The position numbers and the translations under genes are program-made. The notes under the pieces were generated by a model that was not told the origin of the DNA, made no database searches, and saw only the letters and a program-made list of their open reading frames with translations. From Saccostrea cucullata (taxonomy: Eukaryota), in contig NW_026935066.1 of the NCBI RefSeq assembly GCF_032062105.1, positions 1 through 64,000 on the forward strand: a stretch of DNA of 64,000 nucleotides. Reading direction: 5' to 3'. Every line of letters starts with the position of its first letter. The first letter of the stretch is position 1. Positions 44,553-57,309 of this stretch are shown in pieces.

Positions 44553-46830
44553 CAGCTCAACAAACTTTTTAAGCTCACATGGTTTTTCGCACAAATTAAG
44601 GTCACATTTTTGTAATAAAAATTACTATTTTTGAACCTCAGAACGATGACATAGCCCTACATTGTATTACATATATAATGTCAAGTATAAATGTCCTTTA
44701 AAAGTATTATCTTAAGTTTCCAAAGTGGATGTTTTAGAGGGGAATTTATCAATGAATGGTACGATGTTTCTACTATAGGCCTCTACCATAGGTTTTTCAC
44801 AAATAATATAAAACGTGCTTTCTTTGATACAATGTAGTTGAAAATTTTAAATTTTCTTCTTAAAGGTGAGTATTTTTGTCTCGCCTGCGACGAATGTCGC
44901 GAAGCGAGACATAGCGACCATAGATTCCGTCGTCGTCGTCGTCGGCGTCCAACTTTTGGTTAACCCAAATGTCAAAGTTTTATAAACTGCAATAACTTTC
45001 TCAAATTTTATTCAGTCTTCTTGAAATTTGGACACAATATTCAGTATGGATAAAAATTTATATCCCAAGTATGATTTTGAAAAAAAAAATTCAAATTTTT
45101 CCGTATTTTTTCCTTAAGTTGGACTTAGTTTTTTCATGATAATTTATGGTGAAGACCTATATTCCAGCAACTATAAGTTATAGGGATATGATAATTAGTC
45201 AGTGGATACATCATGGGTAACCACAAACGTCAGTACCAGAATTAGGTCATCTTGACCTACATTTTTCTGCATGAGTGACTTTGGTTAAATTTTTGGTGGA
45301 GGTCCATATCTCAGCATCTATAACTTATAATGGCATGATGATTTGTCATTGTACAGGTTATAAGTAACCAACAACATCAGTACCAGAATTAGGTCATTTT
45401 GACCTACATTTTTCTGCATGAATGACTTTGGTTAAATTGATAATGGAGGTTCATATTTCAGCAACTATAACTTATAGTGGCATGATAGTTAGTCAGTGGA
45501 TACATCATGGGTAACCACAAACGCCTGTACCAGAATTAGGTCATCTTGACCTACATTTTTCCGCATGAGTGACTTTGCATAAATTTATGGTGGAGGTCCA
45601 TATCTCAGCAACTATAACTTATAGTGGCATGATAATTTGTCAGTGGATACATCATGGGTAACCACAAACGCCTGTACCAGAATTAGGTCATCTTGACCTA
45701 CATTTTTCCGCATGAGTGACTTTGCATAAATTTATGGTGGAGGTCCATATCTCAGCAACTATAACTTATAGTGGCATGATAATTTGTCAGTCTACACATC
45801 ATGGGTAACCAACAATATCAGTACCATAATTAGGTAATCTTCACCTACATTTTCTGCATGAATGACTTGATACATATACAGTGGATTTGATTTCAAAATG
45901 CAAGTTCAAATTATTGCGACTCATAACACGTTGCAATATTCGCAATAATAAAAACATCACAATAATTTGTGAATTTACAGGGTATATGTATATATATATA
46001 AATGCCAATATAATCGCCAAGGGATTAGATATTAAGTCAGCTGTTCCATTTCTTTATTATTGTATTTTTGAGTTATTCCTTCTGAAATGTCAATAAATGC
46101 TTCAGTTTATCAGACAATCATTTCTTACTAACCACAGCGACAGCAGGCGAGACACAGGGTTGCGGGCAACCCTTACGTACTTTTTAAAATTCTTTGCTCA
46201 TTTACCTTACTCATGTGGGTTTTGTCGAAATGTAGCACCCAAAAGGGATAACATTGCAGAGAGGAACCATACTACAGAGTAGGATAATGAAGTATTGTTT
46301 ATTTTTTAATAGTAAATTTTTCTATAAAAAGGAAAATTCTTCTGCATTTACGGTTTGAAACGTTAAAATTTTGCTGTGGGATGAATCTTTCATGATTCTA
46401 GATTTTTAGAAGGTGACTTTGAAAAATGCCACCTACAGAGCAGTCAAACAGATGAAAAATACTATTATCACCATGCGCTAAAGAGTCGAATATACAGAAA
46501 ATACAAGTTACAGTAGCTATACTGTGCCCTTGTCTATGTTTCTGCAAAGAGCTACTGCTTTCAAAAGAATGGATAAAAAGACAGCTGCAATTGGCAAGAA
46601 ACTACAAAAAATCAAATGGAAATAATTGTTATTTTTCAGCCAAGCATATATTAAAGTTCTAGCAATTGATTTGTATGAATTATGTTTTAGTAAATGAAAT
46701 AAAACTCAAATAATGTAAACAAATACTTTTAAAATGTATTTTGATGTCTCAACACACAATATTACATTATAACAATGTGACCTTAATTTATGCGAAAAAA
46801 CCATGTGAGCTTAAAAAGTTTGTTGAGCTG
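44553..46830. mobile_element. Tc1/mariner-type non-autonomous element
   Basis: TA|CAGCTCAACAAACTTTTTAAGCTCACATGGTTTTT... with matching ~56-bp inverted end ...GTTGAGCTG|TA. Confidence 0.88.
44875..46182 (-). mobile_element. HINE-like element with ~5 x 147-bp tandem repeats, nested in the TA element
   Basis: Subterminal IR GTCTCGCCTGC/GCAGGCGAGAC, (GTC)n tract, repeat register at 45231, 45378, 45525, 45672, 45819. Confidence 0.85.
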
Positions 46831-46849
46831 TATAAATTTACTCTATAGA

Positions 46850-47192
46850 AACTAGAGGTACTGTGAGCAATGAGCTCACTAAATGATAACCCCCCCCCCC
46901 CCGCCTCCCATATGAATATAATGGCAGTGTCCATGTTTTGTTTTTGAAAATCCAAAATATCTGTCAGATCAAAAAGTAAAATAGGAGGTGCACAATGGCA
47001 ATATGTAATAGAGATTCTGTGAAAGTCTCATCAAATTTCCTTCAGTAGTATGAGAGGAGTTGCGGATAAGAGATGGGTACCCCAAAGCGTAACAGACGGA
47101 AGGACGTACAGACAGACGGACAGAGGGACGGACGGACGGATGGAAATACCGATTACTATATACCCTCCCACTTTTCAAGCGGAGGGTATAAT
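46850..47192 (+). mobile_element. Short pearl/HINE-like element, copy 2
   Basis: Colinear with 38956-39286. Confidence 0.8.
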
Positions 47193-47843
47193 GAAAACGA
47201 AACAATCAGATGGAACTAGGTGCTAAACTCTTAAACGGAGAGCTTACGTAGCCTCAACGCTAGAAGAGCGCTAGCAAACATTATTTGATGCTTACTACCA
47301 AATCCAAGATGATCTCGTTGGTTACAACTTTGCAACCAACACAATCATATTACGCATTTTCCATATCTGAGGAATTTAAATGTAAATTAACATACATATT
47401 TTTGCTTGATATAAACTTTTTTTACAGATATATTTATCTGGAATCCTTCACTTAGCGATAACTTACAATGTACAACTGTAGATACATGTAACTTAATCAG
47501 AAATGAATTGAGTTTCTATTAGAACATATACATTGTTAAACATTGGTTCATAAAATCATTTTTAGTTACCTTTCATATATGTCAAGGGGGAAAATGTATT
47601 GCTATAATATTGAATTTTTTTAAAAAATTCTTTTTAAAAAGCAATAGCAAATTTCTTTGAAATTATTATACATCCATATAAAAGAGAAAGAACAAGGATA
47701 AACATTTAAAACTAAAAAAGCAATGATTCCAGCATTAACAGAGCATTTTTTAAATTTGCAATTTGTAACTATAGTAAAATAAGGAAACAAAACATTCATT
47801 GCAATTTCATTGCAGTTACATAAAGAGGAATAGACCAAAATCA

Positions 47844-48490
47844 TTAGGTTCTCTTAAAATGGTGGAACACTGATCCAACTGCCTCACAGTATGGCACGAT
47901 GCAGCAGTTTATGCAGTTAGCATACAGCCTCTGGCAAAGTCCGCAGTTGATTTCGCAAACCTTCACGCATGGACTGATGAACCACACATGGGAGAAGGAG
48001 ATAAGGGCAAATTCACAGCCCCACTCGGCGGCTATGCAGCATCCCAGGTAGAATGTCAGGAGCTTGTAGAGGCAGCCTTTCCACAAATTGAAGCAGGTGT
48101 GTGAGAGCTTGTAGGCACAGTCAATACTGTGGGTACCATCTGGCTCTCCAATCACATCGTTGAAATGAAGGGTCTGAAATAAATATTAATAAATATCGAG
48201 CTTCATCTTTACCTAAAATTTCTGAAGATAAATATATGTACGCAAGAAACTATCTATCTTCAAACGATCCCGTTATATTAAAATATACTTTTAACATAGT
48301 TTTGGATACTAAAAAGAAATCGGTAATAATTATAGTACTGTTATAAATAAATTCAAAGTTTAGTTAGATTAATATATTCCCTCTGCATGAATCATATCTT
48401 CAATATTTAAAATTGTTTTCTTACCCCTAGATGAGAGTTTATTCCATTAGGATCCCTGTCTTCTAAATCAATTGGTTCTGCTCCTGACAT
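47844..48490 (-). CDS. CAV: Caveolin, copy B (2 exons, 131 aa)
   Basis: Exon 1 48490-48425 (MSGAEPIDLEDRDPNGINSHLG|gtaag); exon 2 48173-47844; GT-AG phase-0 intron. Confidence 0.95.
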
Positions 48491-50584
48491 TGTTGGGATG
48501 TTTTTCGTCTAATTTTCGAAGATGAAGTGTTGTTGTTTGAGGTACCCGTTGTTGCTAACAATTTGAGTATTTGTTGACAATAGATACAAAGATTAATCTG
48601 TCTTAATGAGGGATTAACCAGATATTTTTAAAAGAATGGACTAAAACCACAAGCAAATATACGTCTATAACAGCACTCTTTGGCGATAAGAGGATATATG
48701 TAAGAAAAATCCCCAGGTATCGTGTGGATTTATGAATTTCGTTCTCCTTCACAATGCATGCACAACATAAATGTCTCATTCAAAGACTTTGTCTCTTTAA
48801 GGAATGTTTATGATTTATTCCTTATACATTTATGTATTTATTTCCTATCCTTTTAATTATTTATATAGAAATTTATTTTCTACTTTTTAACCATATTGTT
48901 TTTATTAATTTAAAAAAAATTATTCAGTATGCTTGATTTATTTATGTTAATAATATGAAGAGTATTGTTTTCATCTTACATTTGTACGACACAATCGACT
49001 AAAATGTATTTTCGTTTAAAAGGTTTTGCTCAAAATATATAGTTTAAAGTAATGTCTTTTTACGATCGTCAACCAAATTTAATTGTGCAATGTTTGGCTC
49101 ATTCATTTTAGAGTTTATATAATTATTTGTTGACGTTTCATTTCTATCGCTTAAGTAAGAAGGTAAGGGAGGATAGGGTATAATTTCCATATGTTTCATT
49201 CCCTTTATTTCAAGTTCTTGAAAAGATTATGATCCGCTGTTTCAAAACTACATAAAAAAATGCTTTGTGCATTATATGCTGCCTTTAACCTTTTTCATAT
49301 TGGTTTTATCTATCAATTCATTATGTTGAGGGCTCGGAGGATTATAGTAACTGTATGGTTTAACACAATTCTAAAGTCGCATTTGAAGTTTCCATAGCAT
49401 AGTGTAATGCTGAGAAAATATGCACATTTTCAGACAACAATTGTTTTCATTATATATATTCAATGTATGTACGACGTACATGTCATCTATCGTTGATATG
49501 CTCTCAGCAGTACGACAAATTACATTGTTTTGTATTGTACGTTATGTAGTTACAGTAAAAAGTAAAACATGGATATAACGAACGATATTCAAGTTCAATC
49601 TAAGTCCATTTGAAAAAAATGGATAAACATGGGCCTCAAACAAATCAGAGGTACGATAAGGTACCGTGGAGGAGTGAGCAGCCTTTGCCGATCAGGAACA
49701 CCCTTTATGTCCTTTTTCTCATGACCAGGAAATAAAGGGATAATTTGCTAACATTTTAGGCCTCACAATAAACATAAGAAACGTTCGTCAGCATTTAACT
49801 TAATAATATATTTTATTTGCTAACAAAAGTTTTCCTATCGACCAAACAACTTGCATATTGATAACTTTAAATATTCTTTTTTCATCAATTCGTTTATCAA
49901 TAGCTTACATTCCTTAAACAACTGTTAAAAAAAGTGAAATGTTCTAATGTACCGTATGTATCGAATCAACTGGGAAATTTAAAGATTAACCGGTGTGACC
50001 GGTCGATATGGGATGCTCACTCCTCTATGGCATCCCAAATTAAAATGTTAAGGCTGTAACCAAATTGTGATTATAGTATCACAGATAGAGCCAACCATAA
50101 AAATACCAGTTCTGAGTTACTAGTACTTAGTTTATAATATCATGATACAATGTATATGTATGATCAATCACTTATTACATTAATCATAATGAAAAGAAAA
50201 CGATAACTATGAAATAAGTTTAATTCTAACCAAATAATACAAAAGATTATAAAGTGTCCTCCAAACAACCACTTGCATTTGGATTGAATTAAATTGGTGT
50301 CTTTGGTTTATAATAATAGAAATGCATAGCGGTACATTAACATGTATGCTGAAATCAGTAAAATATTAAACTTATCGCATTTAATCAACACTATAAATAT
50401 TCGCTTAACATACTGAATATAACATTTCCAAACTTTTTTGAAATGTAAGCACTGCAATTAACTGGTATTGAGGTATCCTTGAAATCAAATGCTAGCTGAA
50501 TTTTCTAAAAGTTTATTATGTTCTCTCATGACCTAAAAGATTCAAAGAAGGGAACGAAAAAGGATTCCGATTCAATCTAAACGT

Positions 50585-52393
50585 TTATGTTCTTTTAAAA
50601 TGATGGAACACAGATCCCATCGCTTCACAGACGGGCACGAAGCAGCAGTTCATGCAGTTGGAGTACAACCTCTGACAAAGTCCACAGTTGATTTCGCAAA
50701 CCTTTAAGCATGGACTAATGTACCAAACATGGACGAAGGAGATAATTGCAAACTCACAGCCCCATTCGGCGGCTATGAAGCATCCCAGGTAGAATGTCAG
50801 GAGCTTGTAGAGGCAGCCTTTCCACAAGTTGAAGCAGGTGTGTGAGAGCTTGTAGGCACAGTCAATACTGTGGGTACCATCTGGCTCTCCAATCACGTCA
50901 TTGAAGTGGAGGGTCTAAAATTAAAATATAAATGAAGAGCATTATTCAATTTGCATCCGAATACCTTGTTTTCATAAAAGAAATGAGAAACACACTATAA
51001 ATACACCAGAAAATAAAATACTGTCTGAATTAAATAGTTAAGTGCATTAAATCATTTTCAAAACGTTCGGAAGAGAGCCATTGAGAGAAAGGAAATAACG
51101 TTGTTCTGCATGGTTTTCTTACCGTTGTGCTGACTGAAGACACTTAACACCATTACGCGCATTGTAGAAATTGATATTTGGGTTGGGATTTTTTGTAAAA
51201 TTATATAAACTAATGTTTCTCCTGCCGATTCATATCTTTGAAAGGAAGAATCAAAGGTTGATGATTGAAAACGATTGCTAGATCTGTCTTTGTCGAGCAG
51301 CTTTCAAATTTCAATCGCAAAAATTAAAAGAAAAGTGTAATTTGATGTTAAAACCATTTAAAATGAGAAATATTGTTTAAGGAACTCCGATCCTCAGCAA
51401 AGAAGGATAACTCTTTAATTTATAATTTAAATCAAAAAGTCCAAAGTTGAAGCTTGAAAATAATTTTTTTCGTGCAATTTTTTTTATTTTATGCCTCTCA
51501 ATGTACATGTGCTTCAAGGTTCTTCGAAGTTCTCAGAAAGGTCTTATAAAAAGTCAAAATTTTTACCCAATAATAGTATTAAAAATAACAAATTTTAAGA
51601 AATTGAGGTTCTAACCAAAAATAGCAATGTTTATTAACATGATATGAAATAAGAAGTAATTTATGGTGTTTTGTAATGATAGTAATCTTTATACACCATG
51701 TATAGTAAAATGATCAAAGTAAATAGAAGAAACTAAAGTACCTTATAGAAACAAAGTACCGTATAAGTATTAAAATTGTGCAATTTCTTCAAAAGCCTGG
51801 ATACCTATGAGTTTTATTTCTAAAAGTGTTTGCTGATCGAATTGAAATTGGAAAAGGCATAGTAGATGTTTTAATTCGCATTTGCTGAAAATTTATTTGA
51901 GAATTCTTTATTTTCCCTATATAATATGATTAACTTTAAATATGAAGTTTGAAGAATTATCGTGGGTAAAACACTTAACGTTGAGAATTCAAAGATATTT
52001 TTGTTAGCATTTTCAATTAGACAATGTTTGATTTTCAGAACCTGAGGATCGGACTACCTTAACCAGCTCTTCTGATGTTATACTGTCCTCCCCGGCATCA
52101 TGAAACTGACATTTTGCTGAAGTACAAATCATCCTTAAATATCTTTTTTCTTTAAATTCTTTTATATTTTTGTCGTTTTAAATTATTTCAGTAACATTTA
52201 TTGGATATGAAATAAAACAATATCTGGAAAAATTCCTATATCTGCAGACAAAATTTAAAATGGTGAGTTTTTAGATTTAAACAGATACATGTACACATAA
52301 TATTGATGAATGGTTCCAATGCCTTACCCCTAGATGGGAATTTAGTCCATTTGGATCCCTGTTCACCAGATCTACCTCCTCTGCCCCAGACAT
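50585..52393 (-). CDS. CAV: Caveolin, copy C (proximal first exon, 131 aa)
   Basis: Exon 1 52393-52328 (MSGAEEVDLVNRDPNGLNSHLG|gtaagg); exon 2 50914-50585. Confidence 0.92.
51381..52058. mobile_element. TTAA-flanked MITE (Kolobok-like) in the caveolin C intron
   Basis: TTAA|GGAACTCCGATCCTCAG...CTGAGGATCGGACTACC|TTAA. Confidence 0.85.
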
Positions 52394-52636
52394 TTTTTAT
52401 TAAATTTTTTATCGGAACTGACTCTAAGTGTTTAACGAAAGAGTTTAAGTATTGAGGGTTTTGTGCATTCAATTGTTTGTTAGAAACGTGGGTTTCAGAT
52501 TAAAGATTAAGGTGGGGATTATCTACGTTACAATCGACATTACAGCAATCATTATTAAAAATGTTTTAAAAAATTTAAAAATGGTGAGGTTTTAGATTTA
52601 AACAGATACATGTACACATAATATTGATGAATTTCT

Positions 52637-52661
52637 GATCTACCTCCTCTGCCCCAGACAT
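52637..52661 (-). pseudogene. Truncated caveolin first exon inside a local duplication
   Basis: About 52570-52680 duplicates about 52250-52410 with an internal deletion. It retains ATG TCT GGG GCA GAG GAG GTA GAT but loses the rest of the exon and the donor. Confidence 0.8.
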
Positions 52662-53125
52662 TTTTTATTAAATTTTTTAATAATGAGTTATAGCTCAGCT
52701 TTATTGAAAAAGATTCATTCTTGTACTTGTTTCGATGTTTAAAAAAATAGAATCTAGTTGCTATGATATGTTTAAAAACATTAATTCTAAGAGTTATTCA
52801 TATGTACGGATGATTTATAGCAAAAACCTATATTTTCTTGATAATAAAACTTACACCATAATATTTTATTATCATAAAAAGGTCTTAATATTCATTTAAA
52901 ATATTTTCTTCTCACCATTGTACATGTATGTACCATTGGTTGAAATTTTTTTTTTAATTGTACTACAACTGTGTAAAACGGAAACAAAATACTCAATAGT
53001 TTTTTTTTCAATTAATTCAACACTACGTGTTTCTACATGTAACGTAAAATAATCATAAATGAAATTTCTCAATTTATTTCAGGATACACATTTAAAGTGG
53101 TAATTACACGTAAGTATACACGTAC

Positions 53126-53191
53126 CCCAAGATGAGCATTTACTCCATTTGGATCTCTGTCCACAAGTTCAACCTCTTCTGCCCCGGACAT
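53126..53191 (-). CDS. CAV: Additional intact caveolin first exon (candidate alternative exon 1 of copy C)
   Basis: ATG...GGG|gtacgt, 66 nt, MSGAEEVELVDRDPNGVNAHLG. No second exon lies between it and exon 52393-52328. Confidence 0.8.
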
Positions 53192-54214
53192 TTTTTGCTT
53201 AGAGTCTGTGATTTTTTAATATGTTATACACCAAATGGAAGCTCATTATTAGATAAAGATTATGCAGACAACATGTAAATAAAGATGGTTTCTAGGGCAG
53301 ATTACTGGGATGACACATTGAATTCTTTAATGCTCATCGGCAAGTTTACAAGTCTCATCTTGAACAGTTCGATGGAAAGTATTGAGAGACTGTCTCTTAC
53401 ATGTTGATTACGTTAAAGACCATCATCACAAGCGGAGTCTGCATGTGGGAGAAGATCGTACATTTTGGCCGTGGTTTGCGACGATGGTTAAAGACAGACC
53501 ATGTGGGACTTTGTTTGCTTAGAATAAAAAAATAGAATTATAGAATTGACGTACTGAGTAAACACATCGTCATAAATTATGATAAATTTCAATTTCTGTT
53601 TCTTTTGCTTGATATGAATTAAAAACATCATGTGCGTAATTTAATGTAGAACCAAAGAAACATACTAACTTAATTTCTTCACAACTCATACTTGAAATCG
53701 TTCTGCCACAACAATGAAGCATAAAGCTCATCTATACATGTATAATTTCAAAAATATTAAAGAAACGTTCCAACAGCTTCAAAAACTAAACAAAAGATAA
53801 TTTTTTCTCGAGAAAACATTTTAACGCTTTAATATCTTATTGGTTATAAACACATATTTATTTTCCTTTTAATTTTTTCTCCGAATTATTACAACTTATG
53901 TTTGTTCGATTATTCTTTTAGCAACAAATCAGCAGAGTTTTTGAATTCGTTATAGAACAAAAATACAATAAATACAAATAAAAAAGCATATTCCTCCCAT
54001 CTTTTATTTATGAAACTAAATAACGTAGAATAGATAACGTAGCATTACGATTTAACGGCGATTTTACTACAAAATCACGAAATGAAGTAAAATTCAAACC
54101 AAATATACTGGTACATAGAGAATCAATTTCTAAGAAATACAATTTATAAAAGTCGGTTGTCATTTACAACATAAGATAAACGAAAAAAAGTCTCTCATTC
54201 AATCTAAAAGTTTA

Positions 54215-56949
54215 TTATGTTCTTTTAAAATGATGGAACATAGATCCCATCGCTTCACAGACGGGCACGAAGCAGCAGTTCATGCAGTTAGCATACAGCC
54301 TCTGACAGAGTCCACAGTTGATTTCGCAAACCTTCAAGCATGGACTAATGTACCAAACATGGAAGAAGGAGATAAGTGCAAACTCACAGCCCCATTCCGC
54401 GGCTATGAAGCATCCCAGGTAGAATGTCAGGAGCTTGTAGAGGCAGCCTTTCCACAAGTTGAAGCAGGTGTGTGAGAGCTTGTAGGCACAGTCAATACTG
54501 TGGGTGCCATCTGGCTCTCCAATCACATCATTGAAATGGAGGGTCTGAAATACAAACGAAACATCTAATCCTTTGGAAAATAACATTTAATGTAACAAAT
54601 CGCTTTTTTATGTTTCATTTACTTGTATCAAATTTCAAGTTGTAAAATCGGCTTTTAGTCGAAAAACTAGGGCTTATCTATTCATTTTTAACACTTTTGT
54701 TATGATACCCTCATAAAAGTATTTTGGGATGATATTGAATTGATTTGACATTGCATGATTTAGACAATTTGAAGCATTTAACTGCAATATTTATTAAACA
54801 TCGTTTCATGTATGTCATAATTAATCTTAAGTTCAAATGTCTGAATTACATATACAATATTCCTATATATATATTCACAGTTTTGATTTGAACTGATTCG
54901 TGAATTAAATTGATGAACATTAAATTACCTTGTCTCATGATATTTTACTGTTTTCGTGGAGACAAGAGGTTATTTCTGCATAACGATTATATGATATACG
55001 GTAAAATACATATTATGTGTCTAAAATTTTGATTGGTGGTATAAATAACCAAAATTTTTCGTGCAATCATTACTGATGGGAGTTATTTATTTGTTTGATT
55101 ATTATATACTAATGTACGAGAAAGAAGTGTATATGAGAAACATTAAGAATGTAGCTTTTGGGTTGATATTTCTTTTAAAGAAAGGTTTGATAAAATCCAG
55201 ATTTGACCTTCCAACAAAGACGAAAGTGTAAGCAGATTTTCCTCTAGAAATAATTGAACGGATTGTAACGCTTTTGTCCATTGTACCTCAATGATTTTAA
55301 GCAGATCATTAAATCAATGCAATAAAAGGACTAACCGAATGGCCGTGGTTCGCAGGGTTTTAAGTAATGGGAGCTCTACTTAAACAAAGCTGTTTGGCAT
55401 GCTAGTGACACATTATAAACTGTATCAATAATAGACGTTTTTGGAAATAATTTCGTATTGTGATCTAACCTTTGCTCAGTTTGTGTAAGAGAAATTAACC
55501 TTTTTATTTATTTTTTTGCATCATTGAAAAACAGAATATAAGCACATTGTAAGAATGAGAAAGTATTACAGAATATTTTTGATTTAAGTGGAAAATGAAG
55601 CTACTTACTTTATTTTAAAATATATATTAAATTGACACAGAAATCTTGACGAAATAATCAAACTTTGCATTAAAATCCATAATTTACATATAGGGATTAA
55701 AATTTGTAATTGTCTTTTGAATTGAAGAATGCTATTTTATGTTCTATAAAACGAGATCGTAAGAAAACATGAACAGATTTTATGGATCTTCTCTTTAAGA
55801 TTTACTATTTTAACTGTATTTGTTTAAATATACAGTGTATAGAAAACTTTACAAAACAAAAGAGAACCCGGAGAATAATGAAGCTCAAATGTGCATTGGA
55901 ACAACAGAGATTGGGAAGAGACTAAAGAGGTCCTTCAAATGCATCAGAGATTGGATCAGATGTCATGGAGTCGGAAACATCCCTGTCGAACGGTCACACC
56001 GCTAATTGTACTCCTTATTATGATCGGGCAAACATAATCATATGATATAAGAACATTTTACTAAACGATTATTATATTTCATGTTGTTTATTTGGAAGAT
56101 GTTAATTCTGTGTTCAATCTTTCCAGTTTACTATGTCTATATATTTACGAAAGATTTACTTTTGTTTTGAGACGGATTTTTCAAGTTACATCAAAGCAAA
56201 GACTATAAAAATAAAAAATAAATTTAACAAATATTAATTTCTACTAACAAAATAAAAATATAAATTGTTGAATAAGAGATGTTAATTGAATTGGAAGCTT
56301 ATTTCAGATTTATCTTCATACCGATAGTTCTTAAACAAAATAAATTTCTCTAGCAAAATGCGTCATTATATTGAGTTTTCCCTTATATGGCATCAATTTA
56401 TTTCAATTATATTCCAAAAATTATGAAAAAGAGACTGGTGTTTTAAATGTTTGTTTTGTCGTACATTTGGAAATATTTTAACAGCCAGTGATATACATTG
56501 TGAGCAACTATAAAACAGGCCTTCGGGTATCCGGACTGCGTTCTATACCCAGATTCTAGGCATCTTTTATCAGTTTATTTCTGATATTTTCTGAAATACC
56601 CAAGTCTGTATTTTTCATTGATACAAACATAATGCTTTAAATTAATAAAATCTGAATTTTTGAAAGTGTGAGTATGAAAATGTGTGCAATGATCGTTTCT
56701 CAACGAATTAAATCAAACTGTGGTGTGTGCTGCCAGTGTAACCCTGCAAATAGGGTTATGAAGAATGTTGAATGCCTGTTCTTAGGACAGAAACCTACAT
56801 ACCCCGAGATGAGCATTAAGGTTGTTGGGATCCCTGTTAACAAGGTCTACTTCTTCTGCTCCAGACATTGTGCTTTTGGACTTGACGCTCTTTTCACTCC
56901 GCGGAGAGGAATCTGGACTCTTTAAACTCAGATCGCTAACGTGAGACAT
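54215..56949 (-). CDS. CAV: Caveolin, copy D (131 aa from ATG 56868, or 158 aa from upstream ATG 56949)
   Basis: Exon 1 ends at 56803 (NAHLG|gtatgt); exon 2 54544-54215. The in-frame upstream ATG adds MSHVSDLSLKSPDSSPRSEKSVKSKST. Confidence 0.92.
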
Positions 56950-57309
56950 AGTATTAAAAGTTGCAGTCGCTAGGATATTAAAACAGGGCAACAAAGGGAT
57001 AGTCTGTACAATAATTAAGCTGTGTTTTGCTGATTGTTAATCTGTTTAAAACACGATTAATTTCCATTACTTGGCGCAAAAGAAAATTTGAATTGGTTAC
57101 GATTAAATATTATTGTAATTGTTGACATAGAGCTGTTGGCAAACAGATTTCAAATTTAAAAAAAAGGTTCTTGTCACGAAAAAATACGACTAACTGAAGA
57201 TAGGAATTTGACAGCCTTATGATTTTGAGAATATTATAAAAAATAGTATATAATGTAAGCTTATGCATTACTATTGTTCAGTTTTTGCGACCTAAGTTAG
57301 TTAAGACAC

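Noticed and set aside
45145-45870. CRISPR-like regular repeats
   Set aside because: Whole units repeat with no unique spacers; eukaryotic context and no cas genes.
54545-54586. N-terminal part of ORF 54215..54586
   Set aside because: Lies in the intron, upstream of the conserved acceptor at 54544.
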